This document shows positions 29,483 to 39,433 of a DNA stretch of 64,000 nt, one piece after another; the first letter of the stretch is position 1; every line of letters starts with the position of its first letter. The stretch is from Candidatus Latescibacterota bacterium (lineage in GTDB: Bacteria > Latescibacterota > UBA2968 > GCA-2709665), in assembly GCA_963662665.2 (NCBI GenBank), contig CAXXJS010000063.1, positions 1 through 64,000 of the forward strand, written 5' to 3'. The position numbers were made by a program, and so were the translations under genes. Below the pieces are notes generated by a model that saw only the letters and a list, made by a program, of their open reading frames with translations, was not told where the DNA came from and did no database searches.

Positions 29483-31462
29483 CTAGTAATTGTGCACGCC
29501 GTGTCCCTGGCCGGGGAACCAGATGGCGTCCACGAGGAAGGACAACGTGACGGCCAGCACATAGCCGGTCAGAAGACCCAGGAAGGCGGGCTGCCATTTT
29601 CTGTAGAGATTGACGCCGCCGACCTTGAGCAGAATGGCCTTGATCGCCCAGACCACAAAGATCGAGAAGAAGGTGAGCTGGGTGTTCCAGGAGAAGGCAA
29701 TGGGAAAGGCGATGGGATGAAAGGGCCACCACGGCAAGCGGTAGTGCAGGAAGGTGAGCAGGGACATCGCGGCGGCGCCCGCGCAGAATACGGCCAGGCG
29801 CTCCCAGCTGGTATCGAAGGGGCTGCGCATCTGGGTAACGGTGAGGTCGTAGGCGAAGCGGCCGGCGCTGGAGAAGGGCCACGCGTTGAAGTTGAATGCG
29901 CCGGTCCGATAACCGAGAAAGATGGTGAGGGCGAAGTCCGCCGCGAGCCCCAGGAGCACAACCAGGGCCAGCGCGAAGACCAGGCGGCGCCGGTTGCGGC
30001 GGATGAGGTCTGCGAGTCGAACCACGTGCATAAAGGGCGACATAAACGTGCCCTTGCCCTGGCAGACGAGGCTGTACGTGAGGCTGACGCCCGACATGCT
30101 GGCGGGCGAAAGTGCGGTGGTGCCAATCGCATAAAGGGCGGCGTACTGTTCGGTCAACGTGGTACGCATGTAGGCCAGGCCGGTCTCACAGACGATTCGA
30201 GCTATGGAGAGGTAGTTGACGATCAGGGCCGGCACGAGCAGTGCGATGAGTTTGCCCTGCATACCCAGTTGGGCGAAGAAGGCGCAGATGAAGACGAGGC
30301 TGCCGACGAGTCCGATCACGGCGGCGCGATAGGAAAGCAATTCGCCCGAATCGTCGGCATCACCCTTCCCGAATGCCCTTGCGAAGACGGCCCTGATATG
30401 CGTACGGGCGGTCCAGAGGTTCCACAGAACGAGTACCGTCAGTGCGCCGAAGCCCTGCCAGGCCGTGACTTCGGTCTCCGCGGAGAAGTTGAGCGGCTTG
30501 CGCGGGATGACGTAACCGATTCGGTTGATGATGCCGTTTTCGAACCAGAAAAAGAGAACGAAGAAGACCCAGATAGAGAACAGGATATTCAGGTTGGCGA
30601 AGTACGCGAATCCTGCCGTCAGAAAGTTGATGCGGGTGTTGACACGAGGAAAACCCTTCGCGAAGACGACCCATTTGCCCTGAAGCGGGATCTTTGGCAC
30701 GACCGGCCAGAAATAGTTGAGGATATTCCATGAAATAGAGCCGAATCCCACGCCGAAGCCGCCCCAGAAGAGGCCGCCGCGAAGGGCATCGGGCAGAAAA
30801 CCGCCGCGTTTCGCGCGCGTCAGCGTGGCGCCCACGGAAGCGAGTGGAAAAACCAGTCGTTCGTTCCGCACCCACTGCTTGCGGAGGATAACCGAAATGC
30901 AGAACAGGAGCGCGCAAAGGGCAAGCAGGAAGAAAATCCAGCTGATGAGAGGAGAAATCCAGGCATCGTAGGGCGCCGGCTGCCCCTCGGGCAAACCCTC
31001 GTAGAACCAGGTCATCGCGTGGTTTTCGTTGGAGGGCACGGCCCATCCGGGCATATTCGGATGCAGATAGTTGGCCCACTGGTTCTCCGGGGTGGCGAAA
31101 TAGTAAACGCCGGAAAGAATGCCCAGCAGAAAACCCGTGATGCCTGAGGTGGGTACAACGGCGCCTACGAAACCCATAGCAAGGATGGCGAGCAGTTCGG
31201 ACGACTGGAGTGCGCTGTCCGGCCGGAGGCGGCGGATGCACCCGTTGACGATGACCAGGAGGAGGAAGGTGGCGAAGAGGGCGAGGGGGAAGAAGGAGAG
31301 TTGCATCCGCGAGGCGTGGATGACGTATTCGGTGGTTGAAATCCAGAAATTGACGATGAGAACCAGCAGAAGTCCGATAATGACCGCCCGAAACGTCACC
31401 GCGTCGGATCGATGCGGGGCGTGGGAATCGGACTCTGCCTGAAGTGCGGAACTCTGCGTCAT
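29483..31462 (-). CDS. DUF6785/DUF6784-type polytopic membrane protein, putative transporter (paralog 1)
   Basis: VTFRAVIIG, ATPENQW, RKQWVRNERLVFPL, GFAYFANL.ILFSIW, PWWPFHPI, P.FLGLL.G; many transmembrane helices. Confidence 0.75.
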   Translation of the reverse strand: MTQSSALQAESDSHAPHRSDAVTFRAVIIGLLLVLIVNFWISTTEYVIHASRMQLSFFPLALFATFLLLVIVNGCIRRLRPDSALQSSELLAILAMGFVGAVVPTSGITGFLLGILSGVYYFATPENQWANYLHPNMPGWAVPSNENHAMTWFYEGLPEGQPAPYDAWISPLISWIFFLLALCALLFCISVILRKQWVRNERLVFPLASVGATLTRAKRGGFLPDALRGGLFWGGFGVGFGSISWNILNYFWPVVPKIPLQGKWVVFAKGFPRVNTRINFLTAGFAYFANLNILFSIWVFFVLFFWFENGIINRIGYVIPRKPLNFSAETEVTAWQGFGALTVLVLWNLWTARTHIRAVFARAFGKGDADDSGELLSYRAAVIGLVGSLVFICAFFAQLGMQGKLIALLVPALIVNYLSIARIVCETGLAYMRTTLTEQYAALYAIGTTALSPASMSGVSLTYSLVCQGKGTFMSPFMHVVRLADLIRRNRRRLVFALALVVLLGLAADFALTIFLGYRTGAFNFNAWPFSSAGRFAYDLTVTQMRSPFDTSWERLAVFCAGAAAMSLLTFLHYRLPWWPFHPIAFPIAFSWNTQLTFFSIFVVWAIKAILLKVGGVNLYRKWQPAFLGLLTGYVLAVTLSFLVDAIWFPGQGHGVHNY

Positions 31463-31515
31463 CTTTTCCTTTCAATGGATCCTGGAAAGCGCCTATTGGA
31501 GACAGTAGTCGATCC

Positions 31516-31563
31516 GGACCCCTGAGCCGCTCCCTGAGCCTGTCGAAGGGTCGGCGAGGGTCC
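31516..31563. repeat. Nested REP-like palindromes
   Basis: CCCTGAGCCTGTCGAAGGG (31532-31550) is enclosed by GGACCCCTGAGCCG..CGGCGAGGGTCC. Confidence 0.65.
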
Positions 31564-32531
31564 TAAGCGTCCTCCGGTTCCTTCAGCTTCCAGCCCGGAT
31601 TCGTGCCGCCCTGCATGTCTGGCGGAAGGGGTTCGGCCAGTTTACCGTAGAGGTCCGGGCGGCGCGCGCGCAGATATCGGTACCCCGAGGAGACCTTTAT
31701 CTTTTCGGGTGTGAGCAACCCCACCACTACGTCATCCTCCAGCGCATCGGACTCAATCAGGATTTCACCGTACGGGTCCAGGATCATGGCATTGCCGTTC
31801 TTGACCGTATCGTGGTCGACGCCAATGGGATTCGTGTACACGGCATAAACGCCGTTTTCGTAGGCGCGGGCGGGCAGCCAGCGCATGAGCCAGCCGCGGC
31901 CCTTGGGTCCATTGAACTCCTGCCGCAGCGAAACCGGGTCGCGGCGGCGGTTCTCCCAGAGGGCGCGGTCGATTACACCCCGGCCGGGCATGGAGGAGGG
32001 CAGCCCGCACGTAACGTGCGGCATAAAGATGATTTCCGCGCCCATCATTGCGGTGAGGCGCACGTTCTCCGGCAGGTTGTTGTCGTAGCAGATCAGAATG
32101 CCAACGCGGCAGCCGCAGAGGTCGAAGACAGTGAACGTGTCGCCTGAGTCGATGAATTCACTGATGAAAGCGTGCAGCTTGCGATGCTTCGCAACGTAAC
32201 CGTCGGGACTCACGGCGACATACGTGTTGTACAGGGCCTCTTTTTCCGATTCGACGAGTCCGGCGAGGACGCCGACGTTGTATTCCCTTGCGATATCGAC
32301 AAGGTGTCTTGTGGAAGGGCCGTCCGGCACGGGCTCGGCCAGTTCGGCGATTCGGGAACGCGGGAGGGCCTGCAGAAAGGTATAGCCGGGTATGCAGCAT
32401 TCGTGGAAGGAGACGATTTCGGCGCCCGCATCGACAGCCCGCCTTGTTAGGGCGTCGATCCGTGAAAGGTTGTAGGGTTTGTCGGCATCCCGGGCTTCGA
32501 ATTGGGCGGCGCCGACTCTGATCTCGCGCAT
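31563..32531 (-). CDS. Nitrilase-superfamily carbon-nitrogen hydrolase (amidase)
   Basis: Catalytic Glu-Lys-Cys triad: SFHEC, HRKLH, LICYDN. Also ARAYENG, G.AMILDPYG, RRPDLY. Confidence 0.9.
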   Translation of the reverse strand: MREIRVGAAQFEARDADKPYNLSRIDALTRRAVDAGAEIVSFHECCIPGYTFLQALPRSRIAELAEPVPDGPSTRHLVDIAREYNVGVLAGLVESEKEALYNTYVAVSPDGYVAKHRKLHAFISEFIDSGDTFTVFDLCGCRVGILICYDNNLPENVRLTAMMGAEIIFMPHVTCGLPSSMPGRGVIDRALWENRRRDPVSLRQEFNGPKGRGWLMRWLPARAYENGVYAVYTNPIGVDHDTVKNGNAMILDPYGEILIESDALEDDVVVGLLTPEKIKVSSGYRYLRARRPDLYGKLAEPLPPDMQGGTNPGWKLKEPEDA

Positions 32532-32619
32532 GGATTTCCGTTCCTGCTGCCAACGATTCGTCTGAAGTCAGATTTTCGGACTCGGCCTTTCCGGCGGTGC
32601 CGCGGATGCGTCGAGGGCG

Positions 32620-33561
32620 TCAGGCCGTTCCGTCCAGCAGCCCCTTCATATAACCGATGGCATAGAGCCTGCCCATCAGGGTGTAACCGGGCGGGTCGTT
32701 GTCTTCGCCTGACAGGACCGGGACGTGGTCGGGCCGTATGGGGCCGTCGAAACCGATGTCCCGGTACGCCCGGATGCACTCCGCCATGTCGGTGTCGCCC
32801 TCGTCGTGGAAGGTTTCCTCGAAGCTGGGTACGGTACCTCTCACGTCGCGGAAGTGGGAGAAATGGATCCTGTCCCCAAACCGGCGAATGCTTGCCGGCA
32901 CGTCCGCGCCCATGGCGGCGAAGTTGCCCTGGCAGAAGGTAATGCCATTGTAATCGCTGGGAACCATGTCTACGACGCGCTGGAACGCGTCTACACTTGT
33001 GATAATGCGGCCGATTCCCCTCACCGGCGACAGGGGCGGATCGTCGGGATGCAGCGCCTGCCTGACGCCGGCCTCCTCGGCCACGGGGATGACCCGTTCG
33101 AGGAAGTACTCAAGGGTTTCCCAGAGCAACGCTTCGCTCACTTCCCCGTATTGCGTAAGCGGAGCGTCCTTCATCAGCGAATCGTTGTAGCTGCTTACAA
33201 AGGCATCGCCCCGGCCGCGCGTGGTAAATGACGTGCGCATCCAGTTGAACACGGCCATCCAGTTCCAGCACATGATCCCGATACCGGCTGCTCCGAGGTT
33301 GCTGATCGTCTGGCAGTACGCGTCGAGGTCCTCGTCCCTGCCTTCCAGACCCAGTGTGATGCGGTTCGAGATCGGTACGGACTCCACCACGGACCACGTG
33401 AGTCCCGCGTCGGCGATGCGTTCCTTGTGGTGGACGATGGCATCGAAGTCCCAGATCGGACCGCCGTTGGGCAGTGTGGTCACCAGGTCCGTCACGCCGA
33501 CCTGGCGGGCGAGGGCCATCCGTTCTTCGTCAAGGGGATTCAGGACGAGTGCAAATTTCAT
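32620..33561 (-). CDS. uxuA: Mannonate dehydratase (short form)
   Basis: WSVVES, CWNWM, ALHPDDPP, GITFCQGNF, HFRDV, RPDHVP, GRLYAIGYMKGL. Confidence 0.88.
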   Translation of the reverse strand: MKFALVLNPLDEERMALARQVGVTDLVTTLPNGGPIWDFDAIVHHKERIADAGLTWSVVESVPISNRITLGLEGRDEDLDAYCQTISNLGAAGIGIMCWNWMAVFNWMRTSFTTRGRGDAFVSSYNDSLMKDAPLTQYGEVSEALLWETLEYFLERVIPVAEEAGVRQALHPDDPPLSPVRGIGRIITSVDAFQRVVDMVPSDYNGITFCQGNFAAMGADVPASIRRFGDRIHFSHFRDVRGTVPSFEETFHDEGDTDMAECIRAYRDIGFDGPIRPDHVPVLSGEDNDPPGYTLMGRLYAIGYMKGLLDGTA

Positions 33562-33655
33562 GGGATTGTTCTCCGAAATGGGGTTTTGAAACGGCCCAAA
33601 CCAACGTGGGTCAGACTACTGCTCGAATGCACGAAAGGCTTTTCAATTTATACGA

Positions 33656-36600
33656 TCACGGATTCATCCGCAAACCGAAAGGCGCCGGACCGGTACTGAC
33701 GGCACACACGTCGCCACCTTCCGTCCCCACAAGCAGACCGGACACCCCGGAATGCGCCAGGGGGGCCAACACGGTTACGCCCGCTGCCATGCGGTGGCTG
33801 CCTATTACCTCTCCATCGAAGGAAAGGAAGACGACCCACCCGTCGGATGTACCGGCAACGATCGCCTCCTGGCCGTCGGTCACCAGAAGGGCCATTCCGG
33901 TTACCCCGCCGTCGAGGTCCCGCCGCCAGCGCTTCTCGCCCCTGCCGCTCAGCAGGGCCACGTGCCCGCTTTCGCTCCCCGCCGCGAACCCGTTCCCGCC
34001 CGCCCCCACGCCATGCCGGACGTCGTCCCCCAGGTTGGCCGTCCAGAGGATTTCTCCGGAGATCGAATCTACAGCGTAGACGTTCCCGTCCATGGCGCCG
34101 TAAACCGATTCCTTCACCCCGTCATCATTCAGATCCGCCAGGCCCAGCGCCGAGAAACAGGGACCCCCGTTGACCGTCCACCGGATCCGCCCGTCGGCCT
34201 CCAGCAGATTCGAGGTGTAATATTCGGCGCCCACCAGGATTTCCTGCCTTCCGTCTCCCTCCACGTCCCCCACCACCAGGGTCCGCGCGGCGTGGTGTTC
34301 GATCTGCCGCTGCCAGACTTCCTCACCATCCGGCGCCAGCGCCCAAACCAGCCACCCGTCCGTGGCCGTCATGATGACCGGCTTTCCGTCGCCGGTCAGG
34401 TCCGCCGTGGTCACCGCGTTCACATTCTGGTCCACCCCGTGGGACTCTGAAAATGTCCGCCTCCACGAAACCCCGCCGTCAGAATCGAACAGTGTGAGCG
34501 CGCGGTCCCGCCCGCCGGCCAGAAGCCGTCCCTGCTCCAGGTCGGTGAGATGTACTGCGCGCACCTCCGCCCCTGTCTCGCGCTTCCACCGGGTCTGTCC
34601 ATCACCCTCCAGCAGTAGTACCTGTCCCCCGGCCGTGCCGACAGCGGTCGATTCACCCCTCACGTCGGCGCATCGGACCGGTCCCCGGACCCGCGCCTCC
34701 CAGAGTTGCCTGAGCGGCGTATCCTTCGGCACGAATCCGTGTCTTCTCGGAATTCTGCGATGCTCGTAGCGCGCTCCGGACCGAACGGCCTCGAGAAGTA
34801 CGTCCACGAGTCCTGATTCGATGTCGATCTCGTGAGTCCCGGCCGAGAGTTCGTCCGTTGCACATTTCGCTTCCCCGCCAGGGCAGAAGCCTATGGTTTG
34901 GACGGCAGTCTCTTCCTTCACGCGGATTTCCCCCCGCCGCTCACCCGGATACAGCGCGAGATGTACTGGCGCCGTACTCTCGAACAGGACGCCATCCGTC
35001 CGAAGGCCCGTTGCTTCAAGCAGCACCAGTGACGTTTCGGTCAGCACGAATGCCCTGGCGGCGATCGCGAAACTTCCAATCGCCACTTCGTCATCGGCAA
35101 CGCCGAAAACGGCGGGCCCGTCGGGGTGCGTCACCTTGACCAGGCCTTCGCCGATCCGTTCGATGCGCCATGCGTCGATCTCCGCCTCGGAACCCGCCAC
35201 CATCAGGTTGAAATACCGCTCCACGCCTCCCGGCTGACCATGCAGCGCCTTGTGCTGACTGAAAATCCGGATTGGGCCGTCTGCAAACGCGTACGATTCG
35301 TAGGGGTCGGTTCCCGCAACGCGGGCTTCTTCCGTCATGAGGGACACCTCCGAATCATCCGCATTCAGAATCCGGAAGTACACGCCCTCCTGCTCCACGG
35401 TCAGTTCTCGACCGTCCTGCCGGACCTCGCCGAGCGTCCGCCAGAGGCACTTCAGATCGTAATCCGCGTCTTGCAGCAGCCTGAGCGAATCCGCAACCAG
35501 AAAAAATCCGTCCTTCACCCAGAAGATATCCCGCGTCCAGTCCAATCCGTTGTATGCCGGTACAACCGTTCGTGTGAAAGCAGTTCTTCCAAACGTCTCC
35601 GCCCACTTCAATGCCACCAGGGGCGGCATCTCCACGGTTTCGCCACCGCAGATCGACACGACCGACGAGTGGTGCCGGGGACGTTTCCAGATGTAGTCCA
35701 GTTCCGCCAGCCACATCCGCCCCTTCCACGTCAGCCGTTCGATCGAGTTTCCGTCCTCGTGTCCGTGCGCGAACGTCGACGTCCCGTCCAGCAGGAGGTA
35801 TTCGTCGTCCCTGTCGAACCCTCCGCGCAGGACAAGCTTGTCGAACGCTTCTTCGACCGGCACGTTCGCTCCACCGGGCGTGTGCCGTTCCACCCATTCG
35901 TGAAGCGACCGGTTGAATGGCGCGACGGTGACCCCTGCCAGCCGGTCGGGCGCGCGTTTCGGCAGCGCGCGGTAATAACAACCCGGATACGGCGCCCCGC
36001 CCATCCAGTCCAGCGCCCAGAGATAGCTCCCGTCCTTGTAGTACCAGGCCGCCGTGCAGAGGGCCATCGCGAGTTCAAGCGAGGTGGTTTTGTTCTTGAG
36101 CGCTACCGCGTACCGCCCCGGCTCGATATAGGACCACATATCGCCGAAGCTCACCGGGACGCCCAGATTGTCCGTCACCTGTATACCGTAGTCGGCGAAG
36201 ATCCGGAGCTGGCCGTTCTCGAGAAAGCGGAAATCGTCACGCTTCATATCGTAAATCACCTGATGATACGGCGCCAGCCAGCAGTAACCCCACCATCCGC
36301 CCCCCGCATCGTCGTTCGGCTTGTAGCTGTTCGCCTGCCCGTCGAAAACCGCCTGTGAGAACCGGACCTGCTTTTCAAATCCCGTGATTTCGTAATAGTC
36401 CTGGAAATACTTCGCGCAAAACGACCCGCTCAGTCCCGCAAACGTCCAGTGGTTCTGCCGGATCTCAGACGGCGGGGCGTCGCCTTGAAAATAACGCGTG
36501 CCGGCCACGTAGTTCGCCAGCCCCCACAGGATGTTTGTGATTCGGAGGCGTTCCGCATCGGTGAACGCATCGCTCTCCTCAATCAGGTCCCAGACCATGA

Positions 36601-37324
36601 AAAGCCGCCACGCCCAGGAATAGATGAACAGCATATGCTCGAACAGCCAGTTCCCGCCATAGCGGTTCCTCACCAGGTCCTCGTAGTAAAACAGGGCGTC
36701 CCGGAACATCCGCGCGCAGCCGGGATCGTGGGTGAGGTGGTGGACCAGCCCCAGGAACGTCCCCTGCTCCACCGGATAGTAGCTGAGGTTGTTCCCGTAC
36801 ATCTCCGCCATCCACTCCCGGAACGCGTCCGGCGTCATCTCCGGCAGCAACACTTCGTGGACCTCCGACCGCGACAGATTGGTGTACCCCAGACGCCCCC
36901 GGGTCTTCTCCAGGACGCCCTCGAGTACCTCGAGCGCCGCGACCGCGCCTTCCAGCCGGCTGGCGCCCACCAGAAGCACGTTCCAGCCGCAGTTCTCCGG
37001 GTTGTGCACCGTCCGGATCGTGTACCCGTCCCCGCCAGGGTAATAGTCGTCAAGGAACGCGAATTGCCGCCGGTAAAGCGCCATGATCGAATCGTTGACC
37101 ATCGCGCTGCCCAGCAGCACGCGGTGCCGGCCTTCGGGCAGGGGCGCCAGGCCGGCCGGATCCACGACAGGCAGCACCACAACCGCATGCGCACGGATCA
37201 TCTCCTGCAGTCGCCTGCCGAGAGGCACCCATTCCGGATCTACCGGCGCCACGATCTCCGCGCCTTCTCTTAGATCCGTGGTCAGGTACATCTCCTTCAG
37301 CGTCTCGATCCGAGTCCCTGTCAA
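33656..37324 (-). CDS. Heparinase II/III-like (alpha/alpha toroid + beta-sandwich) protein with C-terminal FG-GAP/PQQ-type beta-propeller; canonical motif set
   Basis: RQNH, WGY with the Tyr 55 aa after the His, FGD, FDKLVLRGGF..YLLLDG..AHGHEDGN, HHS, and propeller repeats ADLTGDGK, GDVEGDGRQEILVG, ADLNDDG. No signal peptide; TTG start with GAGG RBS. Confidence 0.65.
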   Translation of the reverse strand: MTGTRIETLKEMYLTTDLREGAEIVAPVDPEWVPLGRRLQEMIRAHAVVVLPVVDPAGLAPLPEGRHRVLLGSAMVNDSIMALYRRQFAFLDDYYPGGDGYTIRTVHNPENCGWNVLLVGASRLEGAVAALEVLEGVLEKTRGRLGYTNLSRSEVHEVLLPEMTPDAFREWMAEMYGNNLSYYPVEQGTFLGLVHHLTHDPGCARMFRDALFYYEDLVRNRYGGNWLFEHMLFIYSWAWRLFMVWDLIEESDAFTDAERLRITNILWGLANYVAGTRYFQGDAPPSEIRQNHWTFAGLSGSFCAKYFQDYYEITGFEKQVRFSQAVFDGQANSYKPNDDAGGGWWGYCWLAPYHQVIYDMKRDDFRFLENGQLRIFADYGIQVTDNLGVPVSFGDMWSYIEPGRYAVALKNKTTSLELAMALCTAAWYYKDGSYLWALDWMGGAPYPGCYYRALPKRAPDRLAGVTVAPFNRSLHEWVERHTPGGANVPVEEAFDKLVLRGGFDRDDEYLLLDGTSTFAHGHEDGNSIERLTWKGRMWLAELDYIWKRPRHHSSVVSICGGETVEMPPLVALKWAETFGRTAFTRTVVPAYNGLDWTRDIFWVKDGFFLVADSLRLLQDADYDLKCLWRTLGEVRQDGRELTVEQEGVYFRILNADDSEVSLMTEEARVAGTDPYESYAFADGPIRIFSQHKALHGQPGGVERYFNLMVAGSEAEIDAWRIERIGEGLVKVTHPDGPAVFGVADDEVAIGSFAIAARAFVLTETSLVLLEATGLRTDGVLFESTAPVHLALYPGERRGEIRVKEETAVQTIGFCPGGEAKCATDELSAGTHEIDIESGLVDVLLEAVRSGARYEHRRIPRRHGFVPKDTPLRQLWEARVRGPVRCADVRGESTAVGTAGGQVLLLEGDGQTRWKRETGAEVRAVHLTDLEQGRLLAGGRDRALTLFDSDGGVSWRRTFSESHGVDQNVNAVTTADLTGDGKPVIMTATDGWLVWALAPDGEEVWQRQIEHHAARTLVVGDVEGDGRQEILVGAEYYTSNLLEADGRIRWTVNGGPCFSALGLADLNDDGVKESVYGAMDGNVYAVDSISGEILWTANLGDDVRHGVGAGGNGFAAGSESGHVALLSGRGEKRWRRDLDGGVTGMALLVTDGQEAIVAGTSDGWVVFLSFDGEVIGSHRMAAGVTVLAPLAHSGVSGLLVGTEGGDVCAVSTGPAPFGLRMNP

Positions 37325-37452
37325 TAGAAGATCCTCACTTTAATACGCGTGGACGCAGCAAACGCACGGCGAGTATTTCAGAAGCTTGTCATTCCGAATG
37401 TATATACTTACCTTACCCGGTCCACCACATCTCACCCTGAGTCGGGGGCAGG

Positions 37453-38568
37453 ATGGCAACGGTAACCCTGCAGAACGTCCGGAAAATATACGGCAGGAAC
37501 ACCATCGCGGTAGATGACTTCAGCCTCCACGTCGAAGATGGGGAGTTCGTGGTGCTGGTCGGTCCCTCGGGGTGCGGAAAATCGACCACCCTGCGGCTGG
37601 TTGCGGGCCTCGAGGACGTGACCGCGGGAAACGTCTCCATTGACGGCAAACCGGCGAACGATCTGCCGCCCAGGGACCGGAACATCGCGATGGTCTTCCA
37701 GAACTACGCACTCTACCCCCACATGGACGTCTACCGGAACATGGCCTTCGGGCTGAAACTCAGAAAATTCCCGAAAGAGGAAATCGACGCCAGGGTGAGG
37801 GAGGCGGCGGACGTCCTGGGCATCGAAGACCTGCTGGACCGCAAGCCGAAGGAACTGTCGGGAGGGCAGCGCCAGCGGGTGGCCGTGGGCCGGGCGATCG
37901 TCCGGAAACCCAAAGCCTTCCTCTTCGACGAGCCCCTGTCCAACCTGGACGCCGCGCTCAGGGTGCAAATGCGGACCGAACTCGGCAAGCTGCACGCCCG
38001 GCTGGGGGCCACGATGATCTACGTCACCCACGATCAGGTTGAGGCGATGACCATGGGCGACCGGCTCGTTGTGATGCGCGACGGACGAATTCAGCAGATC
38101 GGGGTTCCGGTTCAGCTCTACCGGCGCCCTGCAAACCGGTTCGTGGCCGGCTTTATCGGCAGCCCTTCGATGAATTTTCTTGAGGGTGAACTCGTCCGGG
38201 ACGGCGGTCCGGCATTCTCGGGAGACGGCATCACCCTCCCGATACCGGACTGCCACCGGGACAGCCTGTCGGGCCACGTGGGCCGCCGCGTCATCCTCGG
38301 CATCCGGCCCGAGCACATCCGCTACGCGCCTGCGGCTAACGCACCCGGGGAACTGGAAGACGTCACCGCGAAAGTTGAAGTGGTGGAACCGATGGGACAC
38401 GAAACCTGGCTCTACCTCAGGATCGGGCGCGCCTCCTGCGTGGCCAGGGTGTCCGCGGATCCCGTTCCTTCGGTGGACGAGACGGTCAGCCTGGCATTCG
38501 ACCTCTCCGCCGTCCACTTTTTCGACCCGGAGACCGAAGCCGCGCTGCTCCGGGAGGCGCCCGAATAG
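37453..38568 (+). CDS. Carbohydrate ABC transporter ATP-binding protein (MalK/UgpC/MsmX type)
   Basis: GPSGCGKSTT, VFQNYALYPHM, LSGGQRQRVA, FDEPLSNLDA, YVTHDQ, C-terminal TOBE/OB region. Confidence 0.95.
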   Translation: MATVTLQNVRKIYGRNTIAVDDFSLHVEDGEFVVLVGPSGCGKSTTLRLVAGLEDVTAGNVSIDGKPANDLPPRDRNIAMVFQNYALYPHMDVYRNMAFGLKLRKFPKEEIDARVREAADVLGIEDLLDRKPKELSGGQRQRVAVGRAIVRKPKAFLFDEPLSNLDAALRVQMRTELGKLHARLGATMIYVTHDQVEAMTMGDRLVVMRDGRIQQIGVPVQLYRRPANRFVAGFIGSPSMNFLEGELVRDGGPAFSGDGITLPIPDCHRDSLSGHVGRRVILGIRPEHIRYAPAANAPGELEDVTAKVEVVEPMGHETWLYLRIGRASCVARVSADPVPSVDETVSLAFDLSAVHFFDPETEAALLREAPE

Positions 38569-38594
38569 CCGACGGTTACGGGGATTGACTGCGC

Positions 38595-39431
38595 TTACGA
38601 CTTCACCGCACCCGACATCAGGCCTGCCGTGAGCCGCTTACGGACCAGCAGAAACAGCAGCACGGTGGGGACCGTCGCCACCACGGCTGTCGCCATCAGC
38701 AGGTTCCATTCCACCACGTTGTTCTTTTCCCACGAATATAGCGCCATCGTGATCGGCTGCATTTCCCTCCGGGAAACCAGCACCAGGGCAAAGATGAACT
38801 CGTTCCAGGCGGTCACGAACGCAAAGATCGCGGTCGTCGCCAGCCCCGGCCCGGTCAGCGGCAGAGCGATCCTGAACAGCATCCCCGTTCTGGACAGGCC
38901 GTCGATCATCGCGGCGTCTTCCAGTTCTTCCGGAATATGTCTGAAAAACCCCGCCAGGATCCAGATTGAAAACGGCAGCGTAACAGCGGTATTCACCAGA
39001 ATCAGGCCGCTGTAGGTGTCCAGAAGATGGAGCGCCTTCATCACCTTGAACAGGGGAATCAGGACAATCACGGGGGAGAACATCTGCATCACCAGGATGC
39101 CCAGCCCGAACACCCCGCGGCCTCTGAACCTGATGCGCGCCATCGCGTAGGCCGCGGGAGTTGCAATGGCAATGTTCAGGACCGTGGTTCCCGCGGCGAT
39201 GATCATACTGTTAACCAGATGGCGCGCCATTGGAATCCGGACGAAGATATCCACGTAATTCTGCCACGCAAACAGCCTGGGCACAAGCGTCGCCGGCGAT
39301 TGGAACACTTCGCCCAGCGTCTTCAGGGAGGTCCCCGCAACCACCAGAAACGGAAACAGCGCGAACGCGGCGACGCCCGCCAACAGGAGCGTCCGCAGGA
39401 CGTCCGAAGGCCGTACACGGATCTGTGCCAC
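38595..39431 (-). CDS. Carbohydrate ABC transporter permease (MalG-like)
   Basis: EAA loop IPEELEDAAMIDG, AWNEF, L.AG..SGAVK. GTG start after AGGAGG; the upstream part of the 572-aa ORF is spurious. Confidence 0.92.
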   Translation of the reverse strand: MAQIRVRPSDVLRTLLLAGVAAFALFPFLVVAGTSLKTLGEVFQSPATLVPRLFAWQNYVDIFVRIPMARHLVNSMIIAAGTTVLNIAIATPAAYAMARIRFRGRGVFGLGILVMQMFSPVIVLIPLFKVMKALHLLDTYSGLILVNTAVTLPFSIWILAGFFRHIPEELEDAAMIDGLSRTGMLFRIALPLTGPGLATTAIFAFVTAWNEFIFALVLVSRREMQPITMALYSWEKNNVVEWNLLMATAVVATVPTVLLFLLVRKRLTAGLMSGAVKS

Positions 39432-39433
39432 GG

